Part shown: positions 1-10,376 of the stretch, in pieces
How positions within the stretch are numbered: position 1 is the stretch's first letter
How the letters are laid out: every line of letters starts with the position of its first letter
Assembly: GCA_038874135.1 (NCBI GenBank)
Contig: JAVZCZ010000001.1
Location: forward strand, 32,001 to 96,000
Origin: Candidatus Woesearchaeota archaeon
GTDB lineage: Archaea; Nanobdellota; Nanobdellia; Woesearchaeales; 0-14-0-80-44-23
Direction: 5' to 3'
DNA length: 64,000 bases
Notes under the pieces: model-generated
Databases searched by the model: none
The model's input: the letters and a program-made list of their open reading frames with translations, nothing else
Told to the model about the DNA's origin: nothing
Translations under genes and position numbers: made by a program

Positions 1-1081
1 CCCTTGTTCCTATCAGCTCTTCGCTCACCTTCTTGAAAACTTCTATCTGCTCCTGAGTGGGCTTTTCAAAATCCCTTCTGGAGCCCTGCTGGGGTCTCTC
101 CCTGAGTTCCTGTCTCGGCTCGGGCCTCTTCTGTTCCCTTTCAGGCGTTCTGCCGTTCTGGATTCTTCTGACCTGCTGGTCGTGGTGCTGCTGGTAGAAT
201 TCCTTTCTCTGCTCCTGCCTCTGGTGCTGCTGGTATTCCTGGTGTCCGTTTTCGCTTTCCAGCTTTATCTGTTCAACTGCTACCCTGCCCCTCAGGGCTT
301 TTAGTATCTCTTTCTGGGTGAGCTCTTCTACTTCCTTTCCGTCAGGAGCCTTTGCAACATAGTCTATGTCGGTTACAGCCATCATCGCCTTCGTGATTAT
401 GTCCCCGCCCCTGTCCCCGTCTACAAAGAGGGTGACGGTCTTCTGCCTGCAAAGCTCAGCTACATCTTCCGGGATGTTGGTGCCGTTGATTCCTATCACA
501 TTCTTTATTCCGTGCTTTAGAAGGTTTAGAACATCTGCCCTGCCCTCTACTACTATTATCTCTTCAGAGTCGGCTATTGCAGGTCCTGCCGGGCTTCTGC
601 TCTTTCCGTACTCCTGTACTTCCATCATCTTTATTGATTCTGCAACCTCTTGTGCCAGCTCTTGAGAGTCGGGCATTGTTGTCTTCATCCACGCCTGCAG
701 GAGCTCCTTCGCCCTTTCCAGGATTTGCTTTCTCTTTATTATTCTGACATCTTCTATCTTATCAACTGTTATCTTTGCCTCGCAGGGGCCTATTCTCTGT
801 ATTACTTCCAGGGCTGCGGCTACTATTGCTGTTTCAGCCATGTCCAGGGATGAGGGTATCTGTATTATTCCCGTGGTCTTTCCGCCTTTGGTGTCGTAGC
901 TTACCTCTATCCTGCCTATTCTTCCTGAGCGTTGGAGCTCTCTCAGTTCAAGTTCAGTTCCGAGAAGGCCTTCTGTCTGTCCGAATATTGCTCCTATGAC
1001 ATCTGGCCTTTCTACAACTCCTTCTATTGAGATTGTAGCGTGTATTATGTATTTTGCTGATATCGGGCTTATTTTTCCCAT
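1..1081 (-). CDS. dnaG: Archaeal DnaG-type primase/exosome-associated protein (3' end lies beyond the window start)
   Basis: Manual translation from ATG at 1081: [41 protein letters not shown]...; TOPRIM motifs [10 protein letters not shown] and [14 protein letters not shown] lies upstream. Absent from the ORF track because it is truncated. Confidence 0.95.
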   Translation of the reverse strand, partial: MGKISPISAKYIIHATISIEGVVERPDVIGAIFGQTEGLLGTELELRELQRSGRIGRIEVSYDTKGGKTTGIIQIPSSLDMAETAIVAAALEVIQRIGPCEAKITVDKIEDVRIIKRKQILERAKELLQAWMKTTMPDSQELAQEVAESIKMMEVQEYGKSRSPAGPAIADSEEIIVVEGRADVLNLLKHGIKNVIGINGTNIPEDVAELCRQKTVTLFVDGDRGGDIITKAMMAVTDIDYVAKAPDGKEVEELTQKEILKALRGRVAVEQIKLESENGHQEYQQHQRQEQRKEFYQQHHDQQVRRIQNGRTPEREQKRPEPRQELRERPQQGSRRDFEKPTQEQIEVFKKVSEELIGTR

Positions 1082-1292
1082 CTTAATCCCTCCTCTGAGT
1101 AAGTTTTTTGTTTATGATTTTTTCAAGCGGTTTTAGAACAAGCGATTTTTCACTTGTGGGAATGCGTGTTCGGAATTAGTTCAGAAATTCTAAAAGGATT
1201 TCGCTCCTTTCAGTCCTGAAATTTTTTCTAATTCCTATTTTGCATCCCTCAAATGAAAGTGTGAATGTGAAGCTTGTTCCAAACTTGAAAAT

Positions 1293-1373
1293 GCTTGTGG
1301 CCCGTTTTACTAACCCCCGGGTTCATTGCAGGGCTTTCGCCGTGTGCTCCCGCGGGTACTCTCGTAACGGGCC
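1293..1373 (-). ncRNA. Single-hairpin box H/ACA guide RNA, predicted to guide 23S rRNA helix 69 pseudouridine (E. coli U1917 equivalent)
   Basis: Lower stem GGCCCGUU/AACGGGCC followed directly by ACA; pocket strands ACGAGAGU and UAGUAA; 14 nt from pocket top to ACA; apical K-turn-like motif and GGC-GAAA-GCC; TATA box ~25 nt upstream. Confidence 0.8.
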
Positions 1374-1397
1374 TTGAGTTTAGTTTTTCTGTTCTTG

Positions 1398-1412
1398 TAT
1401 TTAAACCTTTGC
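1398..1412 (-). promoter_or_regulatory. BRE/TATA promoter of the H/ACA RNA
   Basis: Minus strand reads GCAAAGG-TTTAAATA, ending ~25 nt before the hairpin 5' G. Confidence 0.65.
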
Positions 1413-1474
1413 GTTTGTTTCAACTTTAAAATATATTTTGTAGAAAATTCTTTTTTGGTACTCTGCTGTTCTTC

Positions 1475-4243
1475 TCACCTTTTTTCTTCCTGCCGGCTTT
1501 CAGTTGCTTCTTGTTCCTCATTCCAAATCTTTTCGTATTCGTTCTCGTTTTCGTTCCAGCTCTTTTGCTCTTTCGTATCTGTGCTTATGCCCTGTTCAAG
1601 TTCCGCTGCTTCTTTGCTCTTCTTTCCAATCTTGGCAATGACCTGCCTGTGCATCCTTCTTAGGAATTCTGTTCGGTCTTCCATCTTGAGCAGGTCTAGG
1701 TAGCCCTGCGCTATGAGGTTGAATGCGAATGGGCTGGGAATTTTGGTGTTTATCTCTGAAATCTTTATGCTGCCCTCTTCTATTCCCCTTACTACTTTTG
1801 AGGCGTTTTCTATGTCCATGACATCGTGCAGGACTTCCCTTCTCGCCTCTCTGAGTATGCAGAAGTCCGGGGATATCCTCTTGACTGCGTTTATAAGTAT
1901 CATTGAGGAGACCTGCTGTCTGCCCACGCTTTGTGTTCTTCCCTTGTAGCTTCTGAGTATCATTAGGGCACGGGCTGCGCAGTGTCTGAACCTTCTTGCG
2001 AGCACTTCTGTCTTGTCTATTGCTGCTTTCATCACTAGTTCAAGCTTGTCACTCTTCAGCATCTTCAGAGCCTTTAATGCCTGCACGGGCTTTTTTGAGG
2101 CTATGTAGAAGCCGTTATCGTTGATTCCTATCTCAATATCTGTGTGCTGTATGCTTGCAGCTGCGTAGCCGACTGCTCTTGAGAGGCAATCGTTGACTCT
2201 TCTTCCGTAGAGCGTGTGGAATATTGCGTAGTGCTTCTGCTTTTCCCGGTTTCCCTCTTCTGAGTAGTATTCTATTACTATCTTTCTGTCATGAGGTATC
2301 TCAGCGTATAGGTGCTGTTCTAGCATGTATCTGTATATTGCGCTTGCCGAGTTTTCGTCTACATACAGGTAGGAGTTTATGAATTTTAGGATTTCTCCTT
2401 TCGGTTCTCCAGCTTTTAACTTTTCTTCTATTAGGCGTCTGAATGAGCCGATTGCCAGTGCCAGGTCAAAGCTTAGCGGTAGCGTTTCTGAGAACCACGA
2501 GGGAACTGTGGGCATCTTGCCCTCTGCTGCGGAGACATATGCTACCTGGCCCCTTGCATATTTGAAGCGGTATGTTTCTCCGCCGAGTACAAATATGTCT
2601 CCCGGTTTGAGCTTTTCCAGGAAAGCCTCGTCAATCTTGCCTATGATTGTTTCTCCTTCCTTGACTACTACTGCGCTCTCTTCAGGTATGGTGCCTATGT
2701 TGGTCATGTACAGCATTCTCATGAGCGGGCCCCTTCTGCCTATCATTCCAGTTTCAGGATCGTACCATATCTTTGCGTATATGTGTCTGTCTTCCAGGTT
2801 TCCGTACTGGCCTGTCAGATAATCTATTACCTCGTTGTAGTCTCTTCTTTCCAGGTTGTGGTAGCAGTAGCTCCTTTTTATGAGTTTGAAGAGTTCTTCT
2901 ATGTGTATCTTTTGAGAAACTGCGATTCCTACTATCTGCTGTGCCAGTACGTCCAGGCAGTTTGTGGGTATGTGTATCCTGTCTATCTTCTTTTCAATTG
3001 CCTCTTTTAGCAGTACGCTGCACTCTACCAGGTCGTCCCTGTCCAGCACGACCATTCTTCCAACTGTTGTGTCTGAGAGTCTATGCCCGCTTCTGCCTAT
3101 TCTTTGTAGGGCTCTTGCAACTGTTTTCGGGCTTCCTAATAGTATTACCAGGTCTATGTAGCCTATGTCAATTCCCAGTTCTAAGGAAGTGCTGGACACT
3201 ATGCATTTCAGCCTGCCCTCTCTAAGCCTTCTTTCCATGTCCAAGCGGTGTGATTTGGAGAGTGAGCCGTGGTGCGCTCCTATTCTGGGTATGTCTTCCG
3301 GGGCAGTGTTTTCATCTATGAGGACATAGTTTTTTGGGAACTTTTCTTTAAGGTGATAGACCACCCTTTCAGTGGCTGATCTCGTGTTTGTGAATATGAG
3401 GGTTGTCTTGTGCGCCTGTATCAGGCTGTCTAGGAGCTGGTACATCTTGTCGTGCATTGTTTGAAATTCTGCTTCTATCAGGTCTGGAACCGGGCTGAGC
3501 ACTTTTAGGTCCATCTTCTTTATTGAGTCAACATTGATTATGGTGCAGTCCCTCTCTCTTCCCGAATCTTCATAGCCTACGAGGAATTTGGCAACTTCTT
3601 CTATAGGCGCTATGGTTGCTGAAAGTCCTATTCTTGAGAAGTGGTTTTCCTGCTGCATTCTTTCTATGCTTAGTGAGAGATGAACGCCCCTCTTGCTCTC
3701 TGCAAGGGCGTGTATCTCATCTACTATGAGCCACTCCACTCCTTTTAGGAGTGTGCTGAACTTGGCTGAGGAGAGCATTATTCCAAGGGATTCAGGGGTT
3801 GTTATTAGTATGTGCGGCGGGCTTTTGAGCATCTGCGCCTTCTGGCTCTGTGTAGTGTCTCCTGTTCTGACAGCAACCCTTATTCCAAGCTTTTTTCCGA
3901 GAATTTGCTCCATCTCTCTGAGCGGGTTTTTAAGGTTTACTTCAATGTCGTGGTTTAACGCTTTTAATGGCGATACATAGACGCAGTACACTTTATCTTC
4001 CAGCAGTTCTTTCTGTGACAGGTCTACAAGCTCGTTCAGTATTGAGAGGAAGGCTGTCAATGTTTTGGTGCTTCCTGTTGGAGCGCTTACTAGGACATTC
4101 TTTCTTGAGTGTATCTCCATAACTGCGAGCCTTTGAGGTAAGGAGAACTCTTTGAACTTTGAGAAGAACCACTTTTCAACCAGCGGGTGAAGTATTCTTC
4201 TTATCTGCTCTTCACTGTCCGGCTCCTGTTTGTATTCTAGCAT
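1475..4243 (-). CDS. lhr: Lhr-family ATP-dependent helicase (SF2)
   Basis: APTGSTKT, VDEIH, LSAT, HHGSLS, SLELGIDIG, QRIGRSGH and NIGTIP motifs. Confidence 0.93.
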   Translation of the reverse strand: MLEYKQEPDSEEQIRRILHPLVEKWFFSKFKEFSLPQRLAVMEIHSRKNVLVSAPTGSTKTLTAFLSILNELVDLSQKELLEDKVYCVYVSPLKALNHDIEVNLKNPLREMEQILGKKLGIRVAVRTGDTTQSQKAQMLKSPPHILITTPESLGIMLSSAKFSTLLKGVEWLIVDEIHALAESKRGVHLSLSIERMQQENHFSRIGLSATIAPIEEVAKFLVGYEDSGRERDCTIINVDSIKKMDLKVLSPVPDLIEAEFQTMHDKMYQLLDSLIQAHKTTLIFTNTRSATERVVYHLKEKFPKNYVLIDENTAPEDIPRIGAHHGSLSKSHRLDMERRLREGRLKCIVSSTSLELGIDIGYIDLVILLGSPKTVARALQRIGRSGHRLSDTTVGRMVVLDRDDLVECSVLLKEAIEKKIDRIHIPTNCLDVLAQQIVGIAVSQKIHIEELFKLIKRSYCYHNLERRDYNEVIDYLTGQYGNLEDRHIYAKIWYDPETGMIGRRGPLMRMLYMTNIGTIPEESAVVVKEGETIIGKIDEAFLEKLKPGDIFVLGGETYRFKYARGQVAYVSAAEGKMPTVPSWFSETLPLSFDLALAIGSFRRLIEEKLKAGEPKGEILKFINSYLYVDENSASAIYRYMLEQHLYAEIPHDRKIVIEYYSEEGNREKQKHYAIFHTLYGRRVNDCLSRAVGYAAASIQHTDIEIGINDNGFYIASKKPVQALKALKMLKSDKLELVMKAAIDKTEVLARRFRHCAARALMILRSYKGRTQSVGRQQVSSMILINAVKRISPDFCILREARREVLHDVMDIENASKVVRGIEEGSIKISEINTKIPSPFAFNLIAQGYLDLLKMEDRTEFLRRMHRQVIAKIGKKSKEAAELEQGISTDTKEQKSWNENENEYEKIWNEEQEATESRQEEKR

Positions 4244-4309
4244 TCAGATTCTCCTGTTTAAATTTAAACAGATTTCTCTTATTATCTGATGGATTAGAAC
4301 TTTTCAGAG

Positions 4310-5272
4310 TTACTTATTCCACCGCTCTCTTATGGGCTGGATTATACCTTCCAGGCTTTCAGCAACTGCCCCTTTAAGGTCCAGAGGGTGTATCTCTCCC
4401 TTCTGATATTTTTCTTCCAGCTCCTCATAACTCTGGAGCTCTATGCTTCCCCCGTATTTTTCAGGCCTTTCAATTTTCAGAGAGCCCTTTCTTGGGAAGA
4501 TTATCAGTTTTGCTATCTGCATTATGGGGTTGTCTTTAGCAATCTTTTCCGGGCAGTATGCCTGTCTTATAGTCTTTTTTATCTCATCGTAAGAATCTGT
4601 TACTGATATTCCCGATCCGGGTATTGACTTGGACATCTTCTCTCCAGGTCCTTTCAGTGAGGTTATTAGAGGGGTGTGCACTGCTACGAATCTGTGTCCT
4701 ATAAGCTCTGAGTTCTCCCTGCCGAGCATGTGCACTTTTCTCTGTTCCATCCCGCCTTCTGCCAGGTCAACCTTTAGGTGTTTTATGTCTGCCACCTGCA
4801 TTATCGGGTATATCAGCTGGGAGATTGTTGCGTTTTCTATGTCGCGCGCGATCTCCTGCATGCTTCTTAGGCCCCTGTTTATTGTGCACTTCTGCGCCAT
4901 TTTGAAGACGTCCAGCTGGTATTCCCTTTCGAACTGGTAGGAGCTTCCAAGGACTACCTCTGCGTCCATTCCTATTGCTTCTATTGTTTTCTTCCAGTTC
5001 TGTACTTCCCTCTTTATCTCTTCCTCTTCGCCCTTCCTGTTTAGGTAGGCGTGTATGTCTGCGAGTAGTATCTTTATTTTGAAGCCAGCCCTGTGTAGGT
5101 CCATGAGCTTTGTTATTGTTACGAAGTGTCCCAGGTGCATCGGTCCAGACGGCTCGTAACCGCAATAGGCTGTCGGGTGCTCTTTTTCTCTTAGAAGGTT
5201 CTTCAGCTCTTCTTCTGTGATTATCTCTTCAGTGTTTCTCTTTATGAGTTCAATTCTGGATTGAAAGTCCAT
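4310..5272 (-). CDS. tyrS: Tyrosyl-tRNA synthetase (archaeal type)
   Basis: YCGYEPSG, HLGH, YPIMQVAD, GGMEQRK, KMSKS and IHPLDLK motifs. Confidence 0.97.
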   Translation of the reverse strand: MDFQSRIELIKRNTEEIITEEELKNLLREKEHPTAYCGYEPSGPMHLGHFVTITKLMDLHRAGFKIKILLADIHAYLNRKGEEEEIKREVQNWKKTIEAIGMDAEVVLGSSYQFEREYQLDVFKMAQKCTINRGLRSMQEIARDIENATISQLIYPIMQVADIKHLKVDLAEGGMEQRKVHMLGRENSELIGHRFVAVHTPLITSLKGPGEKMSKSIPGSGISVTDSYDEIKKTIRQAYCPEKIAKDNPIMQIAKLIIFPRKGSLKIERPEKYGGSIELQSYEELEEKYQKGEIHPLDLKGAVAESLEGIIQPIRERWNK

Positions 5273-5373
5273 ACTGCAGAGTTTTCCATTCCTCTCTTAT
5301 AAATCTTTCTAGAAGCGGGAATAATTAGTTGAAAAATGAAAAAGATTGTGTAAAATTAGAGAAGTTGAAATGC

Positions 5374-5814
5374 TTACTTTCTCGCCTTTTCTATCTTTCC
5401 CTTTCTCAGCGCGTCCAGGCTCTGGCCGTTCACTTTTATGACCTGCCATCTTATTCCTGAGAGGTCTCCTTTGGAGCGGCCCATCTTTCCGTGGATTGAC
5501 TCTATTACTACCTCGTCGTGTTCGTCCATCAGCTTTATCGCTCCGTCTCCCGGGCAGAAGGCAGTTACCTGTCTTCCGTTCTTTATTAGTTGGACTCTTA
5601 CGCACTTTCTCATTGCAGAGTTTGGCTGTTTAGCCTCTATCTGCACCTTTTCAAGTATTATTCCCTTAGCCTGAGGAGCTCCTTCTAAGGGGTCTGACTT
5701 CTTCTTCAGGTTGAGCATCTTCCTTACATACCACTTCTTGTTCCACCTGAACTTCGCCCTGTTCTTCTTTATCTTGCTTCCAAGGTATAGTCCTGACGAT
5801 TTCTTTTTAGACAT
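5374..5814 (-). CDS. rps12: 30S ribosomal protein uS12
   Basis: [21 protein letters not shown]; start placed at MSKKK after a GGTGA RBS. Confidence 0.98.
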   Translation of the reverse strand: MSKKKSSGLYLGSKIKKNRAKFRWNKKWYVRKMLNLKKKSDPLEGAPQAKGIILEKVQIEAKQPNSAMRKCVRVQLIKNGRQVTAFCPGDGAIKLMDEHDEVVIESIHGKMGRSKGDLSGIRWQVIKVNGQSLDALRKGKIEKARK

Positions 5815-5830
5815 TCTTATCTTCACCTTT

Positions 5831-6250
5831 TCATATTACTCTTATCTTTTCAATGTCAAAATACTTTTTTATTATCTCTTCGTGGGACTTTAAGTTTTTT
5901 GAGTCCCTGCCTATTAGCATTCCCCTGATTTTTGCGTCACCCCCCTTTATGAAGAGCACCTTGTCCTTGAGCTCTATCTTTTCAGCTCTGAGGGGCATTA
6001 TCAGGTTTCTTGCAAAAGTTGTGAGCTCGGGATTAAACTCTACTATTTTAATCTTTCTGTTCAAAGCTGTTTCTAATCTTCTTATGTTTGAGCCGCCCCT
6101 TCCTATTGCCTTTCCAATTTCGCCCTCTTCAACTACGAATGTTAGGGTGTCATCCTTTTCTTTGAAGCAGTCCTTAACCCTTGCTCCAGTCATTGCTTCA
6201 AAGAAGCTTATTGTCTTCATTAGCTCCTGGTCGTAAACTATCTTTCCCAT
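5831..6250 (-). CDS. nusA: Archaeal NusA (KH domains)
   Basis: [13 protein letters not shown] motif; conserved position in the rpo operon. Confidence 0.95.
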   Translation of the reverse strand: MGKIVYDQELMKTISFFEAMTGARVKDCFKEKDDTLTFVVEEGEIGKAIGRGGSNIRRLETALNRKIKIVEFNPELTTFARNLIMPLRAEKIELKDKVLFIKGGDAKIRGMLIGRDSKNLKSHEEIIKKYFDIEKIRVI

Positions 6251-6272
6251 TTTTTAGAGCTTAAAATGTGTT

Positions 6273-6542
6273 TTATGCTTTTCTTACTCCCAGGGCTGAG
6301 ATTGAGAACTGTTTCTTGCAGAGTATTCCCAACTCGTCGTTAGGAATTGTGAGCTTCTGTATTGGACAGCCGGCAGCATTTGCCCTTGCAGTTAGGTCTT
6401 TTTCTATTTTCTGAGCAGGGTTTGCCGCTAGGAATATCTGTTCAAGGTTTCCCTTGTTGAGCTCTCTAAGAACTGCCCTGCTTCCAATCACAAGCCTGTT
6501 CTCTTTAAGCATCTCCCTTATCCTGTTTGTCTCGTCAGCCAT
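6273..6542 (-). CDS. rpl30e: 50S ribosomal protein eL30 (L7Ae family)
   Basis: LVIGSRAV...ELGILCKKQF; lies between rpoA2 and nusA. Confidence 0.9.
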   Translation of the reverse strand: MADETNRIREMLKENRLVIGSRAVLRELNKGNLEQIFLAANPAQKIEKDLTARANAAGCPIQKLTIPNDELGILCKKQFSISALGVRKA

Positions 6543-6590
6543 TTGCTATTCCTCCTTCTTATTGATTCTGATTTCTTTTTGTTTCTTCCT

Positions 6591-7742
6591 TTATTCCTTT
6601 TTAAGGTTTGCAATCAGCTTTGGAATGCCCGTGCCTATAGGCACCGGCTGGTTTATCATCACATTCTCAATTATTGAGTTTAGATTGTCTGATATTCCAA
6701 GCATGCTCGCCTGTGCTATATGCCTGAATGGGGTTTCAAATGATGCCTTTGCCAGCACGCTGGACTTGTCCTTTATCACGCCATACCTTGTTATTCCCTT
6801 GACGCTTCCCGTGGAGCACATTGTGTCCGCTACCAGCATCAGGTGCCTCAGGTCTATTACTAATCCTTGCGACTTCATAACGGAGTATGTCTCGTTTATT
6901 ATCGCCTGCCGTGCAGCTTCTATTCCTAAGACCCTTTCAATTTCAAATATGTCGTTGCTTATCGTTCTTGTAGAATCTACAAATGGTAGTTCTAAGACCT
7001 CTTTGAGGTTTGTTCCTGAGGTCATTATCATGAACTCGTCACCCCTCTTTACGGGGAGCACATATGCTATTCCTTTTATTCCGCTTATGAATGCGTTTTT
7101 AACCCTGTCTTTTAAGCGGTAGAGCTCGTTGAGTCCTGAGTTTTCTTCTTTCGCCTTTATTGTGAAGATTATATCCTCGCCTTCCTGTTTTGTCTTGCAG
7201 GACGCGCCCTTGATTGCATTCTTCAATGCGCTTTTTATCTTCTCCTCGTCTATTGAGCGTTCTTCAATGCTGCTTCTGCGTATTCTAACTTCAATTGCCT
7301 CTTCAGCTATGTCTATTGAGAATTCAGTTGCTATGTCTGAGAGTTTTGTCTCTTTGAGCATCATTGCTATCTTTTTTATGTCCTTGCCTTCTGAGTAGGG
7401 CTTCTTTAGGTATATCTCCATCATCGGCGTCTTTATTGACTCCCTCGCATCTAGCACCTCTATGATTCTGGGAAGTCCTGTTGTTACATTCATCTCAGAT
7501 ACGCCTGCGAAGTGGAATGTGTTAAGCGTCATCTGAGTGCTCGGCTCTCCTATGGATTCTGCAGCGACTAGGCCAACTGCTTCTCCAGCGTCCACCTTTG
7601 CCTTTTCATATTCTTCTACTGCTCTATCAAGTATTCTTTTCAGCTTTGCTTCTGAGATGTTTTCAGGTATTTCCTGTTCAATCTCAGCCAGGACGCTTGC
7701 GGGAAGCCTGTTTTCGTATTCTTTGATTATCTTGTTCATCAT
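6591..7742 (-). CDS. rpoA2: RNA polymerase subunit A'' (Rpo1C)
   Basis: [28 protein letters not shown] and ASFET motifs. Confidence 0.98.
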   Translation of the reverse strand: MMNKIIKEYENRLPASVLAEIEQEIPENISEAKLKRILDRAVEEYEKAKVDAGEAVGLVAAESIGEPSTQMTLNTFHFAGVSEMNVTTGLPRIIEVLDARESIKTPMMEIYLKKPYSEGKDIKKIAMMLKETKLSDIATEFSIDIAEEAIEVRIRRSSIEERSIDEEKIKSALKNAIKGASCKTKQEGEDIIFTIKAKEENSGLNELYRLKDRVKNAFISGIKGIAYVLPVKRGDEFMIMTSGTNLKEVLELPFVDSTRTISNDIFEIERVLGIEAARQAIINETYSVMKSQGLVIDLRHLMLVADTMCSTGSVKGITRYGVIKDKSSVLAKASFETPFRHIAQASMLGISDNLNSIIENVMINQPVPIGTGIPKLIANLKKE

Positions 7743-7750
7743 TCAGCACC

Positions 7751-10372
7751 TCATCTTGAAAGTTCTTCCTGGATTATCTGCTTGACATCTACCTTTCCAC
7801 CTATTGAGCGCGAGACATCTACTCCGTCTTCTCCGTACTGGAATTGGATTATTCTGTTGTTGGAGTCCCTCACTGTGCCGTCGTATTCAACCTTTATGTC
7901 CTGCATCGCGTTTGCCAGGCGCCTGTAAAGGTATCCTGACTTTGGAGTTCTGAGAGCAGTGTCCATGAGCGAGTCCCTTCCTGTCATTCCCATGAAGAAG
8001 AACTCAGCAGGTTTTAATCCCTCTTTGAATCCACTAGCTATGAATCCTCTGGCTTTACTTCCCAAGTCGTTCTTTTCAAATGCGGATAATGTTCTATCCG
8101 TGTAGCCGTAGCTTATCCTGTTTCCCCTTAGGGACTGCTGCCCTACGAATGCTGCCATCTGTGTTATGCTGAGGAAGTTTCCTCTCGCTCCGGATTTCAC
8201 CATTATTATGTTGTCTGTTTCCTTCTGAGTAGCTTCAAACACTATCTTTCCAGTTTCGTTTCTTGCCTTGTTTAGCACTTCAAGTATTTTCACTTCTAAT
8301 GTTTCTGCAACGCTCCTTCCCGGAAGTGCTAGGAGTTCTCCGCTCTTGTACTTGCTTATGAGCTCGTTGACTTCCCTGTCTGCATTCCTTACAAGTTCTC
8401 TTATCTTCTCCTTTACATCCTCTTTGAGTTCAAGGTCTGAAATAAGGCTTGTGAATCCGTGCAGGGTGAGGGTGTTGACTCCAAGCTTGAAGATTCTTTC
8501 AAGGATTTCAAGGGAGTCCTGTCCATACTTTCTGTTTATCTCCGCAAGCATTCTTCCAGATTCTTCTCCCAGATTGTTCTTGTCCATGACGCCGCAGATT
8601 AGCTCTCCATTTCTTATGAGCACGTAGCCGTCGTTTTGGCATTTTTCCTTCATGCATTTCTCGTGGTGCTTGCACAGCCTGGATGTTCCTTCAAAGTTGA
8701 AATCTGGAGGGAGCACCTGGCTGAAGATTTCCCTGCCGTTCAGCTCCTTCTTCTTAGGAAGCCGTGAGAAGTCAGTTATTCCTGAAGCGTACAGCAGGTT
8801 TATCGCCTTGTCTCTAGGCAGGGTCATCTCCTTAGTTAGGAGGTATAGTCCCGAAATTGCGTCCTGTATGCATCCTATGACTGTAGAGCCGTACCTTGGG
8901 CTTATGATTTGTGTTCTCACTTCCATAAGTAGTTCTGCCTCTGCTCTCGCTTCTTCTGTCTGCGGAATGTGCAGGTTCATCTCGTCCCCGTCAAAGTCAG
9001 CATTGTACGGGTGGCACACTGCAGGGTTGAGCCTGAATGTCTTATAAGGCAGTATTTTTACCCTGTGGCACATCATGCTCATCCTGTGAAGTGAGGGCTG
9101 CCTGTTGAATATTGCGATGTCCCCATCCATGAGGTGCCTCTCAACTATGTAGCCCGGCTGAATTTCTTCCAGCAGCTGCTCCTTGGTTTCTTCAGTTATC
9201 TTCTTCTTCTTGCCGTCAGGCCTTATCACATAGTTTGCTCCCATCATCTTTGTGGGGCCGTTCTGCACGAACTTTTTGAGATAGTCAATGTTCCACTTTG
9301 TCACCCTTTCAGGTATTGTGAGCTTCATCGCTATTGATTCTGGGACGCCAACTTCGTCTAGTGCTATGCTCGGGTCTGGGCTTATCACTGTCCTTGCTGA
9401 GAAGTTTGTTCTCTTTCCAGCCAGGTTGTGCCTAAGCCTTCCTTCCTTGCTCTTCATCCTGTCCATCAGCGTCTTGAGAGGCTGTCCGCTCCTGTGCCTC
9501 GCTGGCGGGAGCTGTGCAATGTTGTTGTCAAAGAATGTGGTTATGTGATACTGCAGCAGGTCCCACAGGTCTTCAACTATTATCTCCGGGGCTCCTGAGT
9601 TTATGTTCTCATACAAGCGCTGGTTTATCCTTACAATGTCACCCAGCTTGTGAGTCAGGTCGTCCTCGCTTTTTTCTCCAGATTCGAGGGTTATGCTTGG
9701 CCTCATTGTTACCGGCGGTATTGGGAATAATGTGAGAACCATCCACTCAGGCCTTGCGTGCTGAGGATTAAAGCCCAAAAGCTCGCACTCATCATCTGAT
9801 ACCCTTTCCAGTCTCATCCTTATCTCTATGGGTGAGAGGCGCTTGTCATCTTCCAGGAATGTAGTGGGTTTTTCTATTGCGAGTTTTCCCTGCTTGGCTT
9901 GGCAGTGTGGGCACTTTTCGGATTTTCTGGCTGCAGATATCACTTCTGCTACTGTGCGCATTATTGCTTCTTCATCGTTTGTCTTCTTGACATTTTCCAG
10001 TTTGGCTTTGAAGTGTGCTATCTTTTTGTCATCCAGGAGTATTCTTCCACAGCTCCTGCAGGTAGCCTTTAATACTGAGAATATTGGCCTTACAAACTTC
10101 ACATGTATTACGGGTCTTGCCAGTTCTATGTAGCCGAAGTGTCCGGGGCAGTCCTTTAGGCTGCTCCCGCAGGTCTTGCACCTCAGCCCCGGGTCTATTA
10201 CGCCGAGGTGAGTGTCCATGAGGCCGCCCTCTACTGGGAAGCCCTCCTTGTCGTACAGCTCTGGAGTTATTATCTTGACTGTAGCCATCTTTTTTATTAT
10301 CTTTGGGCTGAGCAGTCCGAATGTTACCCTTTCAATTTGTTTGTAAAAGTATTCTTCTTCCATTTTCTGCAC
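7751..10372 (-). CDS. rpoA1: RNA polymerase subunit A' (Rpo1N)
   Basis: Catalytic YNADFDGDEMN, NRQPSLH and N-terminal Zn clamp motifs. Confidence 0.99.
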   Translation of the reverse strand: MQKMEEEYFYKQIERVTFGLLSPKIIKKMATVKIITPELYDKEGFPVEGGLMDTHLGVIDPGLRCKTCGSSLKDCPGHFGYIELARPVIHVKFVRPIFSVLKATCRSCGRILLDDKKIAHFKAKLENVKKTNDEEAIMRTVAEVISAARKSEKCPHCQAKQGKLAIEKPTTFLEDDKRLSPIEIRMRLERVSDDECELLGFNPQHARPEWMVLTLFPIPPVTMRPSITLESGEKSEDDLTHKLGDIVRINQRLYENINSGAPEIIVEDLWDLLQYHITTFFDNNIAQLPPARHRSGQPLKTLMDRMKSKEGRLRHNLAGKRTNFSARTVISPDPSIALDEVGVPESIAMKLTIPERVTKWNIDYLKKFVQNGPTKMMGANYVIRPDGKKKKITEETKEQLLEEIQPGYIVERHLMDGDIAIFNRQPSLHRMSMMCHRVKILPYKTFRLNPAVCHPYNADFDGDEMNLHIPQTEEARAEAELLMEVRTQIISPRYGSTVIGCIQDAISGLYLLTKEMTLPRDKAINLLYASGITDFSRLPKKKELNGREIFSQVLPPDFNFEGTSRLCKHHEKCMKEKCQNDGYVLIRNGELICGVMDKNNLGEESGRMLAEINRKYGQDSLEILERIFKLGVNTLTLHGFTSLISDLELKEDVKEKIRELVRNADREVNELISKYKSGELLALPGRSVAETLEVKILEVLNKARNETGKIVFEATQKETDNIIMVKSGARGNFLSITQMAAFVGQQSLRGNRISYGYTDRTLSAFEKNDLGSKARGFIASGFKEGLKPAEFFFMGMTGRDSLMDTALRTPKSGYLYRRLANAMQDIKVEYDGTVRDSNNRIIQFQYGEDGVDVSRSIGGKVDVKQIIQEELSR

Positions 10373-10376
10373 TCTC

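Noticed and set aside
4058-4084. Lhr Walker A variant GSTKT as a sign of inactivation
   Set aside because: The catalytic Lys/Thr and all other helicase motifs are intact, so there is no evidence of decay.
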